Shown: positions 8,853 through 16,860 of the stretch, piece by piece
Position numbering within the stretch: the first letter of the stretch is position 1
Layout of the letters: every line of letters starts with the position of its first letter
NCBI GenBank assembly: GCA_945878715.1
Contig: CAMCTX010000006.1
Span: 5,384 to 29,383 of the forward strand
DNA: 24,000 bases
Direction: 5' to 3'
From: Legionella genomosp. 1
GTDB lineage: Bacteria > Pseudomonadota > Gammaproteobacteria > UBA6186 > Azoamicaceae
Program-made: the position numbers and the translations under genes
The notes under the pieces: generated by a model
What the model saw: the letters and a program-made list of their open reading frames with translations, nothing else
Database searches by the model: none
What the model was told of the DNA's origin: nothing

Positions 8853-9906
8853 ATTCATGGATGATTTTTTGTGCCAATCCCTCTACCCAAATTGGATCGG
8901 TATTAATACAGGGCACAAATACAAATGTTTCTCCCCCCAGACTATGCCATTGTTCGCGGGCGCGCATATTGATTTCTTCTAAGGTTTCTAGACAATCGCT
9001 TACAAAAGAGGGGCAGACAACGGCAATATTGCGTACCCCTTGCTTGCTTAAATCAATCAGTACTTGATCGGTATAGGGCTTTATCCAGGGTGTACGCCCC
9101 AGGCGTGATTGAAAACAGACTTGATACTGATCCGCCCCTAATCCCAGTTTTTCTGCGATCAGACGTGTTGTTTCATAGCATTGGGCCCTGTAACAATCGC
9201 TGTTGCTGCTATCCATGCGCTTGCAAGGATTCGAAGTGTTAGAAGGACTTGAAGCGTTAGATAGTACACAGCTTGCTTCACAGCGTGTTTTTTTAATTTG
9301 TCGTTCGGGTAAGCCATGATAGCTAAACAGTATGCGATCAATGGATTCAAAGGATTTATCTGGAATATGTTGCTGGATTAAATCGGCATAGGCATCAATA
9401 TAACCAGGCATATTGTAAAAATCTCGGATTACACGAATATTTGGAACAGTATTTTGTTTTGCTAGTATTTTAAGGATGGCTTCAAGGGCCGAGCCTGATG
9501 ATGCAGAAGCATATTGAGGAAACAAAGGCACTATCGTGATCTGATCAACCTTTTGACGTATTAGTTCTAACACAGCATCCTGAATAGAAGGTTTTCCATA
9601 ACGCATCCCCAAGCTAACAACACAATCCTTATCCATACTTTCTAATGTTTTAGAGAGAGCCTTTTGCAAAGCGATACTATTTACCAATAAAGGCGATCCG
9701 GCTTCGGTCCATATAGCCTGATAGGCTGCTGCTGATTTTTTCGAACGCAAAGGTCCAATCACACCATAAACCAACACAAAGCGTGCAAGCCAGGGAATAT
9801 CAATCACCCGTGGATCCATGAGGAATTCTTGCAAATAATGGCGTACTGCGGATGTGCTTGGATGATCAGGTGTGCCGAGATTAATCAGCAAGATACCTTG
9901 TTTCAT
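8830..9906 (-). CDS. hemH: Ferrochelatase
   Basis: 358 aa. GILLINLGTPD, FSYHGLPERQIK, YRAQCYETTRLIAEKLGL, CFQSRLGRTPWIKPYTD, VCPSFVSDCLETLEEI. Confidence 0.96.
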   Translation of the reverse strand: MKQGILLINLGTPDHPSTSAVRHYLQEFLMDPRVIDIPWLARFVLVYGVIGPLRSKKSAAAYQAIWTEAGSPLLVNSIALQKALSKTLESMDKDCVVSLGMRYGKPSIQDAVLELIRQKVDQITIVPLFPQYASASSGSALEAILKILAKQNTVPNIRVIRDFYNMPGYIDAYADLIQQHIPDKSFESIDRILFSYHGLPERQIKKTRCEASCVLSNASSPSNTSNPCKRMDSSNSDCYRAQCYETTRLIAEKLGLGADQYQVCFQSRLGRTPWIKPYTDQVLIDLSKQGVRNIAVVCPSFVSDCLETLEEINMRAREQWHSLGGETFVFVPCINTDPIWVEGLAQKIIHEFPLSREG

Positions 9907-11039
9907 AGGCTCGATTTTTTGGGAATAATCAGAATAGCATCCCCAATCGGTCTAAAGCTTGTCCAGGCAGCACTGTCTTCATCTTCTGCCTCGTCTTCAT
10001 CGGGATGGTTCAGGATTTTATGATTCATATAGAGTGTGGATGAGCTGCCCCCATCTAAATTAAGCGCATACTCGCAATCTTGCGCTTTCATAAAGCTTGC
10101 AAGTTCGGGGATGGTCATGCCAGCGCTATTACTCAGCGCACTTTGTTCAACCACTACCAAGACCCAATCGCCATTTTTACGGATCCCTACAGCGGTTCGG
10201 GCATAGCGTTCTTTAATAAAACCACTCAGCACTTTTTCGCCCGAATAATCTTTAATCACACGTCCACGTGTAATGAGTAAAGGTGCGCCGCCTAGAATAT
10301 TCTCCACCCCTTGCCAGGCCAGATGATTTTCTTTTAGAAAATGAGGCATCACTTCTATGCCGACGGTTGCAGGATGGCCAACTTCTACAGGATGCTTAGG
10401 CACTTTGTTTTTGGGGAGCAAGTAGCGATAAGTATTTTTTTTGTTTTGCATGGGGCCTGCCGATTGAATACTGATTAATCGCTGGTCCTGTATGCTTAAA
10501 CCATAGGTGTCTGCTGTTACATCAACATTTCCAGGATAAGCATCCGTATAAAGAATAGCCTTGGTTTTAAGGGGTGGTTGATTCAGCAATTGTACGGGCG
10601 ATAGCTGGTGATTTAAATAAACACGCGTTTTGGTTTGCACTCTATCCATAAGGGTGATCGGGCTGTGGGTAGACCAACCCAGCGCCGCTCTATCACGGTA
10701 AGCAAGACCATACCATTGTCCTTGTATTTTCAGAATGCCGGCAGGTAATCCATCAATCTTCGCCCCTATTTTAAAGAAACCGCCATTAATGGCTGCGGTT
10801 GCACGGTGCTTTTTTGCCAGATCACTCAGGGTTGATCGGCCAAGGGCCGTATCTTGCGCATGGGCAAGCTTTATCTCAAAGCGCTTGGGATCCACAATTA
10901 AAACATGCACTGTTTGTTTTGCAGCGGTTTTAAAGGTCTGGTAAGGGAGTCGATCAGAAGTTTTGCTAAGGCTTGCATGGCAGACACCTGCCCATACAAG
11001 TAGAACAACTAAAGAACACATTTTTTTCTGTATAAGCAT
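9903..11039 (-). CDS. Exported phosphodiester glycosidase-family protein (NAGPA/DUF2233-like)
   Basis: 378 aa. N-terminal signal peptide-like MCSLVVLLVWAGVCHA; GGFFKIGAKIDGLPAGILKIQG, RTAVGIRKNGDWVLVVVEQS, GMTIPELASFMKAQDCEYALNLDGGSSSTLYMN. It overlaps hemH by 4 nt. Confidence 0.82.
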   Translation of the reverse strand: MLIQKKMCSLVVLLVWAGVCHASLSKTSDRLPYQTFKTAAKQTVHVLIVDPKRFEIKLAHAQDTALGRSTLSDLAKKHRATAAINGGFFKIGAKIDGLPAGILKIQGQWYGLAYRDRAALGWSTHSPITLMDRVQTKTRVYLNHQLSPVQLLNQPPLKTKAILYTDAYPGNVDVTADTYGLSIQDQRLISIQSAGPMQNKKNTYRYLLPKNKVPKHPVEVGHPATVGIEVMPHFLKENHLAWQGVENILGGAPLLITRGRVIKDYSGEKVLSGFIKERYARTAVGIRKNGDWVLVVVEQSALSNSAGMTIPELASFMKAQDCEYALNLDGGSSSTLYMNHKILNHPDEDEAEDEDSAAWTSFRPIGDAILIIPKKSSL

Positions 11040-11107
11040 AGGTCAACCTCAGTCATTGATTCTAGGCTGTCACAGTGTACACTAGTTGTAAGGAAGGAGG
11101 GACTCTG

Positions 11108-11443
11108 ATGAAACGATCAAGCTTAAGAACTCAATGTATAGCGATATTTTTATTACTCTTCAGTTCTACCCTGGCCTGGGGTTTAAGTCCCGAAGCCACA
11201 GCCATGGCAGCCGAGGCCCGTGCCAAAGCCGAAGCAGGCGATCGGGGTGCGGCAGCGGTTATCTACCGTCGTGCCTTAGCTGTCGATGATTCCGATCCCA
11301 GTCTACATGCAGCGCTCACAGCCCTTGTCATGCAAGAAGCCCAATTGGAGCCAGAGCACGAATCAGAGATTTTGCAGGCGCTAGAACAGGAACGCACAGC
11401 CTCTGCGAGTGCATCTGCGAATGCAGAAGTCATAAACGAGTAG
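11108..11443 (+). CDS. Small exported protein with possible single TPR-like helical repeat
   Basis: From the likely start MKRSSLRTQCIAIFLLLFSSTLAWG (signal peptide) to ATAMAAEARAKAEAGDRGAAAVIYRRALAVDDSDPSLHAALTALVMQEAQLEP (TPR-like). The track start at 11075 is probably upstream of the true start. Confidence 0.55.
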   Translation: MKRSSLRTQCIAIFLLLFSSTLAWGLSPEATAMAAEARAKAEAGDRGAAAVIYRRALAVDDSDPSLHAALTALVMQEAQLEPEHESEILQALEQERTASASASANAEVINE

Positions 11444-11474
11444 CGTGTAGATTCCCTTATTCAGCTGAGCGGGC

Positions 11475-11498
11475 ATCCTAAGGTAGTTGCCTTAGGAT
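11475..11498 (+). terminator. Rho-independent terminator-like hairpin
   Basis: Perfect 9-bp stem ATCCTAAGG-TAGTTG-CCTTAGGAT immediately followed by TTTCCTT, downstream of the 11108..11443 ORF. The stem is GC-poor and the T-tract short. Confidence 0.45.
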
Positions 11499-11577
11499 TT
11501 TCCTTGGCACCATTCATTCCACATGTTAATCTTAGCGCCATGTCTCCTAACAAGGCTCTAGTGAGTCAGGTGGATTA

Positions 11578-12978
11578 ATGATTCTAATAAAAAAACTATT
11601 AAGCTGCTTTCAGCCTTCTGAACATCTACCAGAGATAGAAGATTCTGAGGTGTTGCAGCAGCAGTATCGCCGTTGGCGCTTGCGCACCTTTTATTCCATG
11701 TATATAGGGTATGCGCTCTATTATTTCACCCGGAAGAACCTAACCTTTATTACACCCTATCTCTGTGCCGATTTAGGCCTTAGCAAAACCAATATTGGGT
11801 GGTTAATCACTATTTTGTCTATCAGTTATGGGATTAGCAAGTTCGCCAGCGGTGTTTTATCTGATCGTGCAAATACCCGTTATCTTATGGCCTTTGGTTT
11901 ACTCATTACAGGGCTTTGTAGCCTATGTTTTGGTCTTTCCTCTTCCTTAATGTGGTTGGGTATTTTCTGGGGCATCAATGGATGGTTTCAAGGCTGGGGC
12001 TGGCCTGCCTGTACCAAACAATTAACGCATTGGTTTAGTCGCAAAGAACGTGGTAAATGGTGGGGCGTTTTTTCAACTTCCCATACCGTTGGTGGTTGTT
12101 TAATTGCCTATGTGGCTGGGTCTGCTGCGATGGCTTATGGGTGGCGTGTTGCCATGTTTATCACAGGTACGATGGGTGTGGTCGCAGGTCTATGGTTGGT
12201 GAATCGCTTAAGAGATATGCCTCAAGCCTTGGGATTACCGGGTGTTGAAAGTTATAGACAGCGTTTTAGGGGTGAAGCCTTAGAAGAGGGTGAAGCGCTA
12301 GAAAATACAGAACATTTATCCGTCAAACAGATCCTGATGGAGCAAGTTTTATCCAATCGTTATATTTGGCTTTTGGCTATCAGTTACTTTTTTGTCTATG
12401 TGGTGCGTACGGCGGTCAATGATTGGGGGCCTTTGTATTTGGTTCAAGTCAAAGGCTACAGTCCTGTAGCCGCCGGGGCCTGCATTTCTTTTTTTGAAGT
12501 CGGTGGTTTTCTAGGCATGTTATTTGCCGGTTGGGGATCCGATTATTGGTTTGGGGGACGGCGTATACCCTTTGTGATCTTCAATTCTGTAGCCATGATT
12601 TTTAGTATTCTGGGTCTTTGGTTTTTAGGATCTGATCAGCCTATTTTAATGGCCTTATTGGTCGGTGTGATTGGCTTTTTAGTTTTTGGACCACAGATGT
12701 TGGTGGGTTTAGCCGCTGCAGAATGGGTTAACAAAGGTGCTGCCAGTACGTCTAATGGATTTGTGGGGGCCTTTGCGTGTTTTGGGGCCGCTGCTGCAGG
12801 TTATCCGCTGGGTCGTATGACCGATCTTTGGGGTTGGTACTATGGCTTTATCTTAAGCTTAGTGATTTGCTCTATGATCTGTGTGCTTGTTTTATTGCCA
12901 CTATGGTCTGTGAAGAAGGGAAGACCGCCTGTGCATGAAGCAGATGCAGGTGTTGAAGGTGTAGCTACCTCGGCTTAA
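11578..12978 (+). CDS. MFS transporter of the organophosphate:Pi antiporter type (UhpC/GlpT-like)
   Basis: 466 aa, about 12 TM. YSMYIGYALYYFTRKNLTFITPYLCADLGLSKTNIGWLITILSISYGISKFASGVLSDRANTRYLMAFGLLITGL, GINGWFQGWGWPACTKQLTHWFSRKERGKWWGVFSTSHTVGG. Confidence 0.9.
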   Translation: MILIKKLLSCFQPSEHLPEIEDSEVLQQQYRRWRLRTFYSMYIGYALYYFTRKNLTFITPYLCADLGLSKTNIGWLITILSISYGISKFASGVLSDRANTRYLMAFGLLITGLCSLCFGLSSSLMWLGIFWGINGWFQGWGWPACTKQLTHWFSRKERGKWWGVFSTSHTVGGCLIAYVAGSAAMAYGWRVAMFITGTMGVVAGLWLVNRLRDMPQALGLPGVESYRQRFRGEALEEGEALENTEHLSVKQILMEQVLSNRYIWLLAISYFFVYVVRTAVNDWGPLYLVQVKGYSPVAAGACISFFEVGGFLGMLFAGWGSDYWFGGRRIPFVIFNSVAMIFSILGLWFLGSDQPILMALLVGVIGFLVFGPQMLVGLAAAEWVNKGAASTSNGFVGAFACFGAAAAGYPLGRMTDLWGWYYGFILSLVICSMICVLVLLPLWSVKKGRPPVHEADAGVEGVATSA

Positions 12979-12999
12979 TCAGCCTGCAAGCTCAACTAA

Positions 13000-13422
13000 T
13001 TAGTATAAGCTTTCATCGAAGTTAGTCCTTCTCCCGATTGCGGGAGAAGGTGGCCCGAAGGGCCGGATGAGGGTTGCGTTTCGATTTAAAACATCGTAAA
13101 TGGTATTTAAAACACTATTCCATGAATGGGTAACTTCATTGTTCCAAAAACGTAATACTTTGAACCCCAATGATTCCAAAAATTCGGTGCGATTTTGATC
13201 GTAGGTTTGATTGTCTAGATGTTGGCTACCGTCTAACTCAATAATTATTTTCTTTCTTAAACATACAAAATCTACAATATAGGTGCCTATTATTCTTTGT
13301 CGACGAAATTTGTACCCAGAAAATCGACGTCCTTGCAGTGCAAACCATAACTGACCTTCTGTGGTTGTCTGAAATCTTCTTAAATCTCTAGCGCGATCTT
13401 TCATAACGCATTCAACCCTCAT
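13000..13422 (-). CDS. DUF559 domain protein, Vsr/PD-(D/E)XK-like endonuclease (probable start at Met7, 13404)
   Basis: 140 aa. TEGQLWFALQGRRFSGYKFRRQRIIGTYIVDFVCLRKKIIIELDGSQHLDNQTYDQNRTEFLESLGFKVLRFWNNEV is the characteristic DUF559 core. The last ~19 aa (FGPPSPAIGRRTNFDESLY) are encoded by the left repeat. Confidence 0.87.
   Translation of the reverse strand: MRVECVMKDRARDLRRFQTTTEGQLWFALQGRRFSGYKFRRQRIIGTYIVDFVCLRKKIIIELDGSQHLDNQTYDQNRTEFLESLGFKVLRFWNNEVTHSWNSVLNTIYDVLNRNATLIRPFGPPSPAIGRRTNFDESLY
13001..13076. repeat. Left inverted repeat copy (two-hairpin palindromic repeat)
   Basis: TAGTATAAGCTTTCATCGAAGTTAGTCCTTCTCCCGATTGCGGGAGAAGGTGGCCCGAAGGGCCGGATGAGGGTTG. Hairpins are CCTTCTCCCG-ATTG-CGGGAGAAGG (13027..13050) and GGCCC-GAA-GGGCC (13052..13064). 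Confidence 0.9.
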
Positions 13423-13488
13423 CCGGCCCTTCGGGCCACCTTCTCCCGCAATCGGGAGAAGGACTAACTTCGATGAAAGTTTATGCTA
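13413..13488. repeat. Right inverted repeat copy (two-hairpin palindromic repeat)
   Basis: CAACCCTCATCCGGCCCTTCGGGCCACCTTCTCCCGCAATCGGGAGAAGGACTAACTTCGATGAAAGTTTATGCTA is the reverse complement of the left copy except for 2 positions near the outer end. Confidence 0.9.
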
Positions 13489-13525
13489 AAAGCGCGCTGC
13501 GTCTATCCGATAAATAGCTGAGTTT

Positions 13526-14818
13526 TTAGAGGCGTTTATCCAACCCCACAAAATCACGCTCCAAAGGCCCTGTATAGCGCTGACGGGGTCTGCCTATCTT
13601 CAGTTCAGGATCGCCTAGCATTTCATTCCAGTGTGCAATCCAGCCAATGGTTCTGGCAATCGCGAAAATCACGGTAAACATATTGCTGGGGATCCCAATG
13701 GCTTTAAGAATCATCCCCGAATAAAAATCCACATTGGGGTATAGTTTTTTCTCGACAAAATAGGGATCTTCAAGCGCAATACTTTCAAGCTTCATCGCTA
13801 ATGCAAAGAGGGGATCGTCTTTGATCTTTAGGGCTTCCATCACTTCATGATAACTTTCGCGTATCACCTTGGCACGGGGATCAAAAGACTTATACACACG
13901 GTGTCCAAAACCCATCAGCCTAAAGGGATCATTTTTATCTTTGGCTTTGGCAATATATTTAGGGATCTGTGTTACATCCCCAATCTCATGCAGCATATTC
14001 AACACGGCCTCGTTCGCGCCGCCATGCGCAGGGCCCCAGAGGGCTGCAATACCCGCCGAGATACAGGCAAAAGGATTAGCCCCCGAAGAGCCGGCTAGAC
14101 GCACGGTAGAAGTCGAAGCATTTTGTTCATGATCTGCATGTAAGATAAAGATCCGATCCATGGCCCGCGTAATGACAGGGTTTAAGTGTTCAGGTTCTGT
14201 GGGGACTGAAAACATCATATGTAAAAAGTTCTGGGCATAATCCAAATCATTTCTGGGAAAGACAAAGGGTTGCCCCAGTGAGTATTTGTAGGCCATGGCG
14301 GCGATGGTGGGCATCTTTGCCACCAAACGTAAGGCGGCAAGCTTGCGATGCTCAGGATTTTTAATTTCCAAGGAATCATGGTAGAAGGCCGACAAAGCAC
14401 CCACCACCCCACACATAATCGCCATGGGATGTGCATTTCTTGGAAAACCCTGAAAAAAGTTACCCAGCTGTTCGTGGATCATCGTGTGGTGACGCACCTC
14501 ATCCACAAAAGCATCTTTTTCAGCACGTGTGGGGAGTTCGCCATTCAAGAGTAAATAACAAACTTCCAGGTGGTCCGATTGTTCGGCTAATTGCGCAATC
14601 GGATAACCTCGATAGAGCAGAATGCTCTTATCCCCATCGATATAGGTAATCGCAGAGCTGCAGGATGCTGTGGATTGGAAACCCGGATCATAGGTGAAAA
14701 CCCCATGGTTTTGTAAATGGCCTATAGCTACAAGCGGGGGGCCTGCAGTGCCTACTAAGAGGGGTAACTCGATGGGTTCTCGATTGGGAAGATGGAGGCT
14801 AGCCTTAGCATCGTTCAT
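13526..14818 (-). CDS. gltA: Citrate synthase (type II)
   Basis: 430 aa. [96 protein letters not shown]. Confidence 0.98.
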   Translation of the reverse strand: MNDAKASLHLPNREPIELPLLVGTAGPPLVAIGHLQNHGVFTYDPGFQSTASCSSAITYIDGDKSILLYRGYPIAQLAEQSDHLEVCYLLLNGELPTRAEKDAFVDEVRHHTMIHEQLGNFFQGFPRNAHPMAIMCGVVGALSAFYHDSLEIKNPEHRKLAALRLVAKMPTIAAMAYKYSLGQPFVFPRNDLDYAQNFLHMMFSVPTEPEHLNPVITRAMDRIFILHADHEQNASTSTVRLAGSSGANPFACISAGIAALWGPAHGGANEAVLNMLHEIGDVTQIPKYIAKAKDKNDPFRLMGFGHRVYKSFDPRAKVIRESYHEVMEALKIKDDPLFALAMKLESIALEDPYFVEKKLYPNVDFYSGMILKAIGIPSNMFTVIFAIARTIGWIAHWNEMLGDPELKIGRPRQRYTGPLERDFVGLDKRL

Positions 14819-14946
14819 ACTATCATCCTTGCAAGTAGTCTTGTTTCAGTTCTTCAGTATAAGAGCAAATACAGAAGATTGAACCCCCTATTCTGTACTA
14901 GACTAAACGGGTGTCGGCGTTTATGCGATCAGGGGAGGATCAAGCG

Positions 14947-15375
14947 ATGTTAGATAGTGGATTAACAAAAATTTTAAGTGGATGCTTTCTAAGCATGCTA
15001 CTAAGTTTTGCGGTCTATGCAGATTCATTTACTGTCCCCCAAGCCCAAGCAGCACAGAACACACAAGCAGCACAAACAACGCAACAAGGAGGCCAAACAA
15101 CACAACCTCCAGTTGCAGTACCCAGTCCTGCTTCGATAGCTTACCAGACCCAAATGCTCGCGCTATCTAATGCGATGAGCGCGAAAATTGCACAGATCCA
15201 AGCCATACAAAAGCAAATCGATGCAGAGATTTATCCAGCGTCTCTCCCACCCTTACAAGCGCAAAAGGCACAGCTGCAAAAAGAATTGGATGCCCTTAAT
15301 CTGAGTCAGCAGCAATTTGTTGCACAGAAAACAGCAGCTGATATAACCACATCGTTACAACAGGCTAAACCTTAA
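14947..15375 (+). CDS. Exported coiled-coil protein of unknown function (paralogue 1)
   Basis: Likely start MLDSGLTKILSGCFLSMLLSFAVYADS (signal peptide), then a Gln/Ala/Thr-rich linker and IQAIQKQIDAEIYPASLPPLQAQKAQLQKELDALN, ending SLQQAKP. The track start is 14911. Confidence 0.65.
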   Translation: MLDSGLTKILSGCFLSMLLSFAVYADSFTVPQAQAAQNTQAAQTTQQGGQTTQPPVAVPSPASIAYQTQMLALSNAMSAKIAQIQAIQKQIDAEIYPASLPPLQAQKAQLQKELDALNLSQQQFVAQKTAADITTSLQQAKP

Positions 15376-15417
15376 AACAAATACGAAGCATGCGTACAAT
15401 CATGGAGGTATGAAGGG

Positions 15418-16122
15418 ATGTTACATAGATTTTTGAGAAAAATGGCGGGTGTATTTTTAGTCGGTATTCTAGGGAGTGGCTCGATAACGGCTGAACCTCA
15501 AGCAGTAGCCTCAAGCCCAGAAGCCATTGCCTATCAGGCTCAAATATCAGAACTGTTCAAATCGAGGTTTCAGAAAGCCGAACAGATTATGGCTGTAGAA
15601 CAGAAAATCCGTCAAGCGACGGAACCGACTTTACAAGCACAGAAGGACCTTCTAAATAAAGAATTAGACGCAGCACTAGAGAAAGAAGGAGCTTTACCTA
15701 ATAAGGTAGATGAGGAAAAAGTGGCACAGCTTCTGGCTGTACAAAAGCAAATCGATAGGGCGACGGATCCAGCCTTACAGGCTCAAAGAGAACAGCTGAA
15801 AAAAGAACTAGACGCACTGGATGTGCAGGCAAAGGTGCTGCAGGCCAGTGATATAGGTCAAGCGGTAGCCAAAGAGATGTGGGCCAAGATGAGTCCCGAA
15901 GAGCAAGCTGTTTCTGATCAGATAAATGAAAAAGTGGCACAGCTTCTGGTTATACAAAAGCAAATTGAAATGGCGACTGATCCAGCGGTTATTGAACCTT
16001 TAAGGGCAAAGGCAGTGTTGCTAATAAATGAATTAAAGCCGCTTATGAACAAAATGGTACCGCTTATGAACAAAGAACTAAACTCTAGTATGGGTCAGTC
16101 CTTACAACAGACTAAACCTTAA
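15418..16122 (+). CDS. Exported coiled-coil repeat protein of unknown function (paralogue 2)
   Basis: 234 aa, signal peptide-like N-terminus. Three copies of a (L/I)xA(V/I)QKQIxxATDPxLQAQ(R/K)xxLxKELDAL-type unit. Ends SLQQTKP like its upstream neighbour. Confidence 0.7.
   Translation: MLHRFLRKMAGVFLVGILGSGSITAEPQAVASSPEAIAYQAQISELFKSRFQKAEQIMAVEQKIRQATEPTLQAQKDLLNKELDAALEKEGALPNKVDEEKVAQLLAVQKQIDRATDPALQAQREQLKKELDALDVQAKVLQASDIGQAVAKEMWAKMSPEEQAVSDQINEKVAQLLVIQKQIEMATDPAVIEPLRAKAVLLINELKPLMNKMVPLMNKELNSSMGQSLQQTKP
15718..15986 (+). repeat. Intragenic direct repeat pair, 213-bp period
   Basis: AAAGTGGCACAGCTTCTGGCTGTACAAAAGCAAATCGATAGGGCGACGGATCCAGC (15718..15773) vs AAAGTGGCACAGCTTCTGGTTATACAAAAGCAAATTGAAATGGCGACTGATCCAGC (15931..15986), about 50/56 identical. 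Confidence 0.85.
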
Positions 16123-16123
16123 G

Positions 16124-16516
16124 TTGGAACTTATGAAAAAAAAACCCACAAGACCTATACATTTAAATTTCGTGACCATACGTTTTCCCTTAACGGCCTG
16201 GGTGTCGATTGCACATCGTTTATCGGGCCTATGGCTTTTTCTTTTGATTCCTTATGTATTATGGGCTTTAGAGCGATCGCTTTTTTCAGTTCACACCTTT
16301 AGGCGATTGAAAGCTTTTCTGGATCAGCCTCTTTGTAAAATCATTCTTTTAAGCTTTTTGGCCGCGCTTTGCTATCACACTGTTGCAGGGTTTCGGCATT
16401 TATTGATGGACAAAGGCATCGCTGTTACAAAAACAAAGAGCACAGCAAGTGCAGCCCTAACACTGATCATTGCCTTATTACTTTTCGTAGGATTAGCTTA
16501 TAGGTTCGTAGGATGA
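16124..16516 (+). CDS. sdhC: Succinate dehydrogenase cytochrome b556 subunit
   Basis: RPIHLNFVTIRFPLTAWVSIAHRLSGLWLFLLIPYVLWAL…YHTVAGFRHLLMDKG is the SdhC signature. The first gene of the sdhCDAB order; the true start may be Met4. Confidence 0.92.
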   Translation: MELMKKKPTRPIHLNFVTIRFPLTAWVSIAHRLSGLWLFLLIPYVLWALERSLFSVHTFRRLKAFLDQPLCKIILLSFLAALCYHTVAGFRHLLMDKGIAVTKTKSTASAALTLIIALLLFVGLAYRFVG

Positions 16517-16860
16517 AATCAGCGACCATTTTTTCAACACCAGGGTTGCAGGATTGGATGCTGCAGCGCATCAGCGCCCTCATCTTGGGGTTATATAGCC
16601 TTTTTTTATTGGGCTATCTTTTAATGCATCATCCCCTTCATTATCATACTTGGCACGCATTGTTTTTACATGAATGGATGCGTATTTTTAGTTTGTTTGC
16701 GCTTTTGAGTTTGCTACTGCATGCGTGGATAGGCTTATGGACGATTACGACCGATTATCTGAAGGCTGGATGGTTAAGGCGTTTTGCGCAGATCAGTATT
16801 CTGGCCATGCTGGTGAATAACTTTTTATGGGGCATTGCTATTTTGTGGGGTGTGCGTTAA
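16513..16860 (+). CDS. sdhD: Succinate dehydrogenase hydrophobic membrane anchor subunit
   Basis: 115 aa, 3 [29 protein letters not shown]…[15 protein letters not shown]. It lies between sdhC and sdhA. Confidence 0.92.
   Translation: MKSATIFSTPGLQDWMLQRISALILGLYSLFLLGYLLMHHPLHYHTWHALFLHEWMRIFSLFALLSLLLHAWIGLWTITTDYLKAGWLRRFAQISILAMLVNNFLWGIAILWGVR

Larger units (their letters stand above)
13001..13488. mobile_element. Putative compact element: DUF559-type nuclease gene bounded by 76-bp inverted two-hairpin repeats
   Basis: Left arm 13001..13076 and right arm 13413..13488 are reverse complements with 2 mismatches (TAGTATAAGC… vs TAGCATAAAC…). Both ends of the ORF fall in the arms. Confidence 0.6.

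Noticed and set aside
13001-13488. Considered a conventional IS element with target-site duplication
   Set aside because: There is no transposase, the ORF is a DUF559 nuclease, and I could not find a convincing direct repeat immediately outside the arms. It is reported only as a putative unusual element.
13847-14132. Two overlapping plus-strand ORFs opposite gltA
   Set aside because: They are antisense to strongly conserved citrate synthase and the translations look non-biological.
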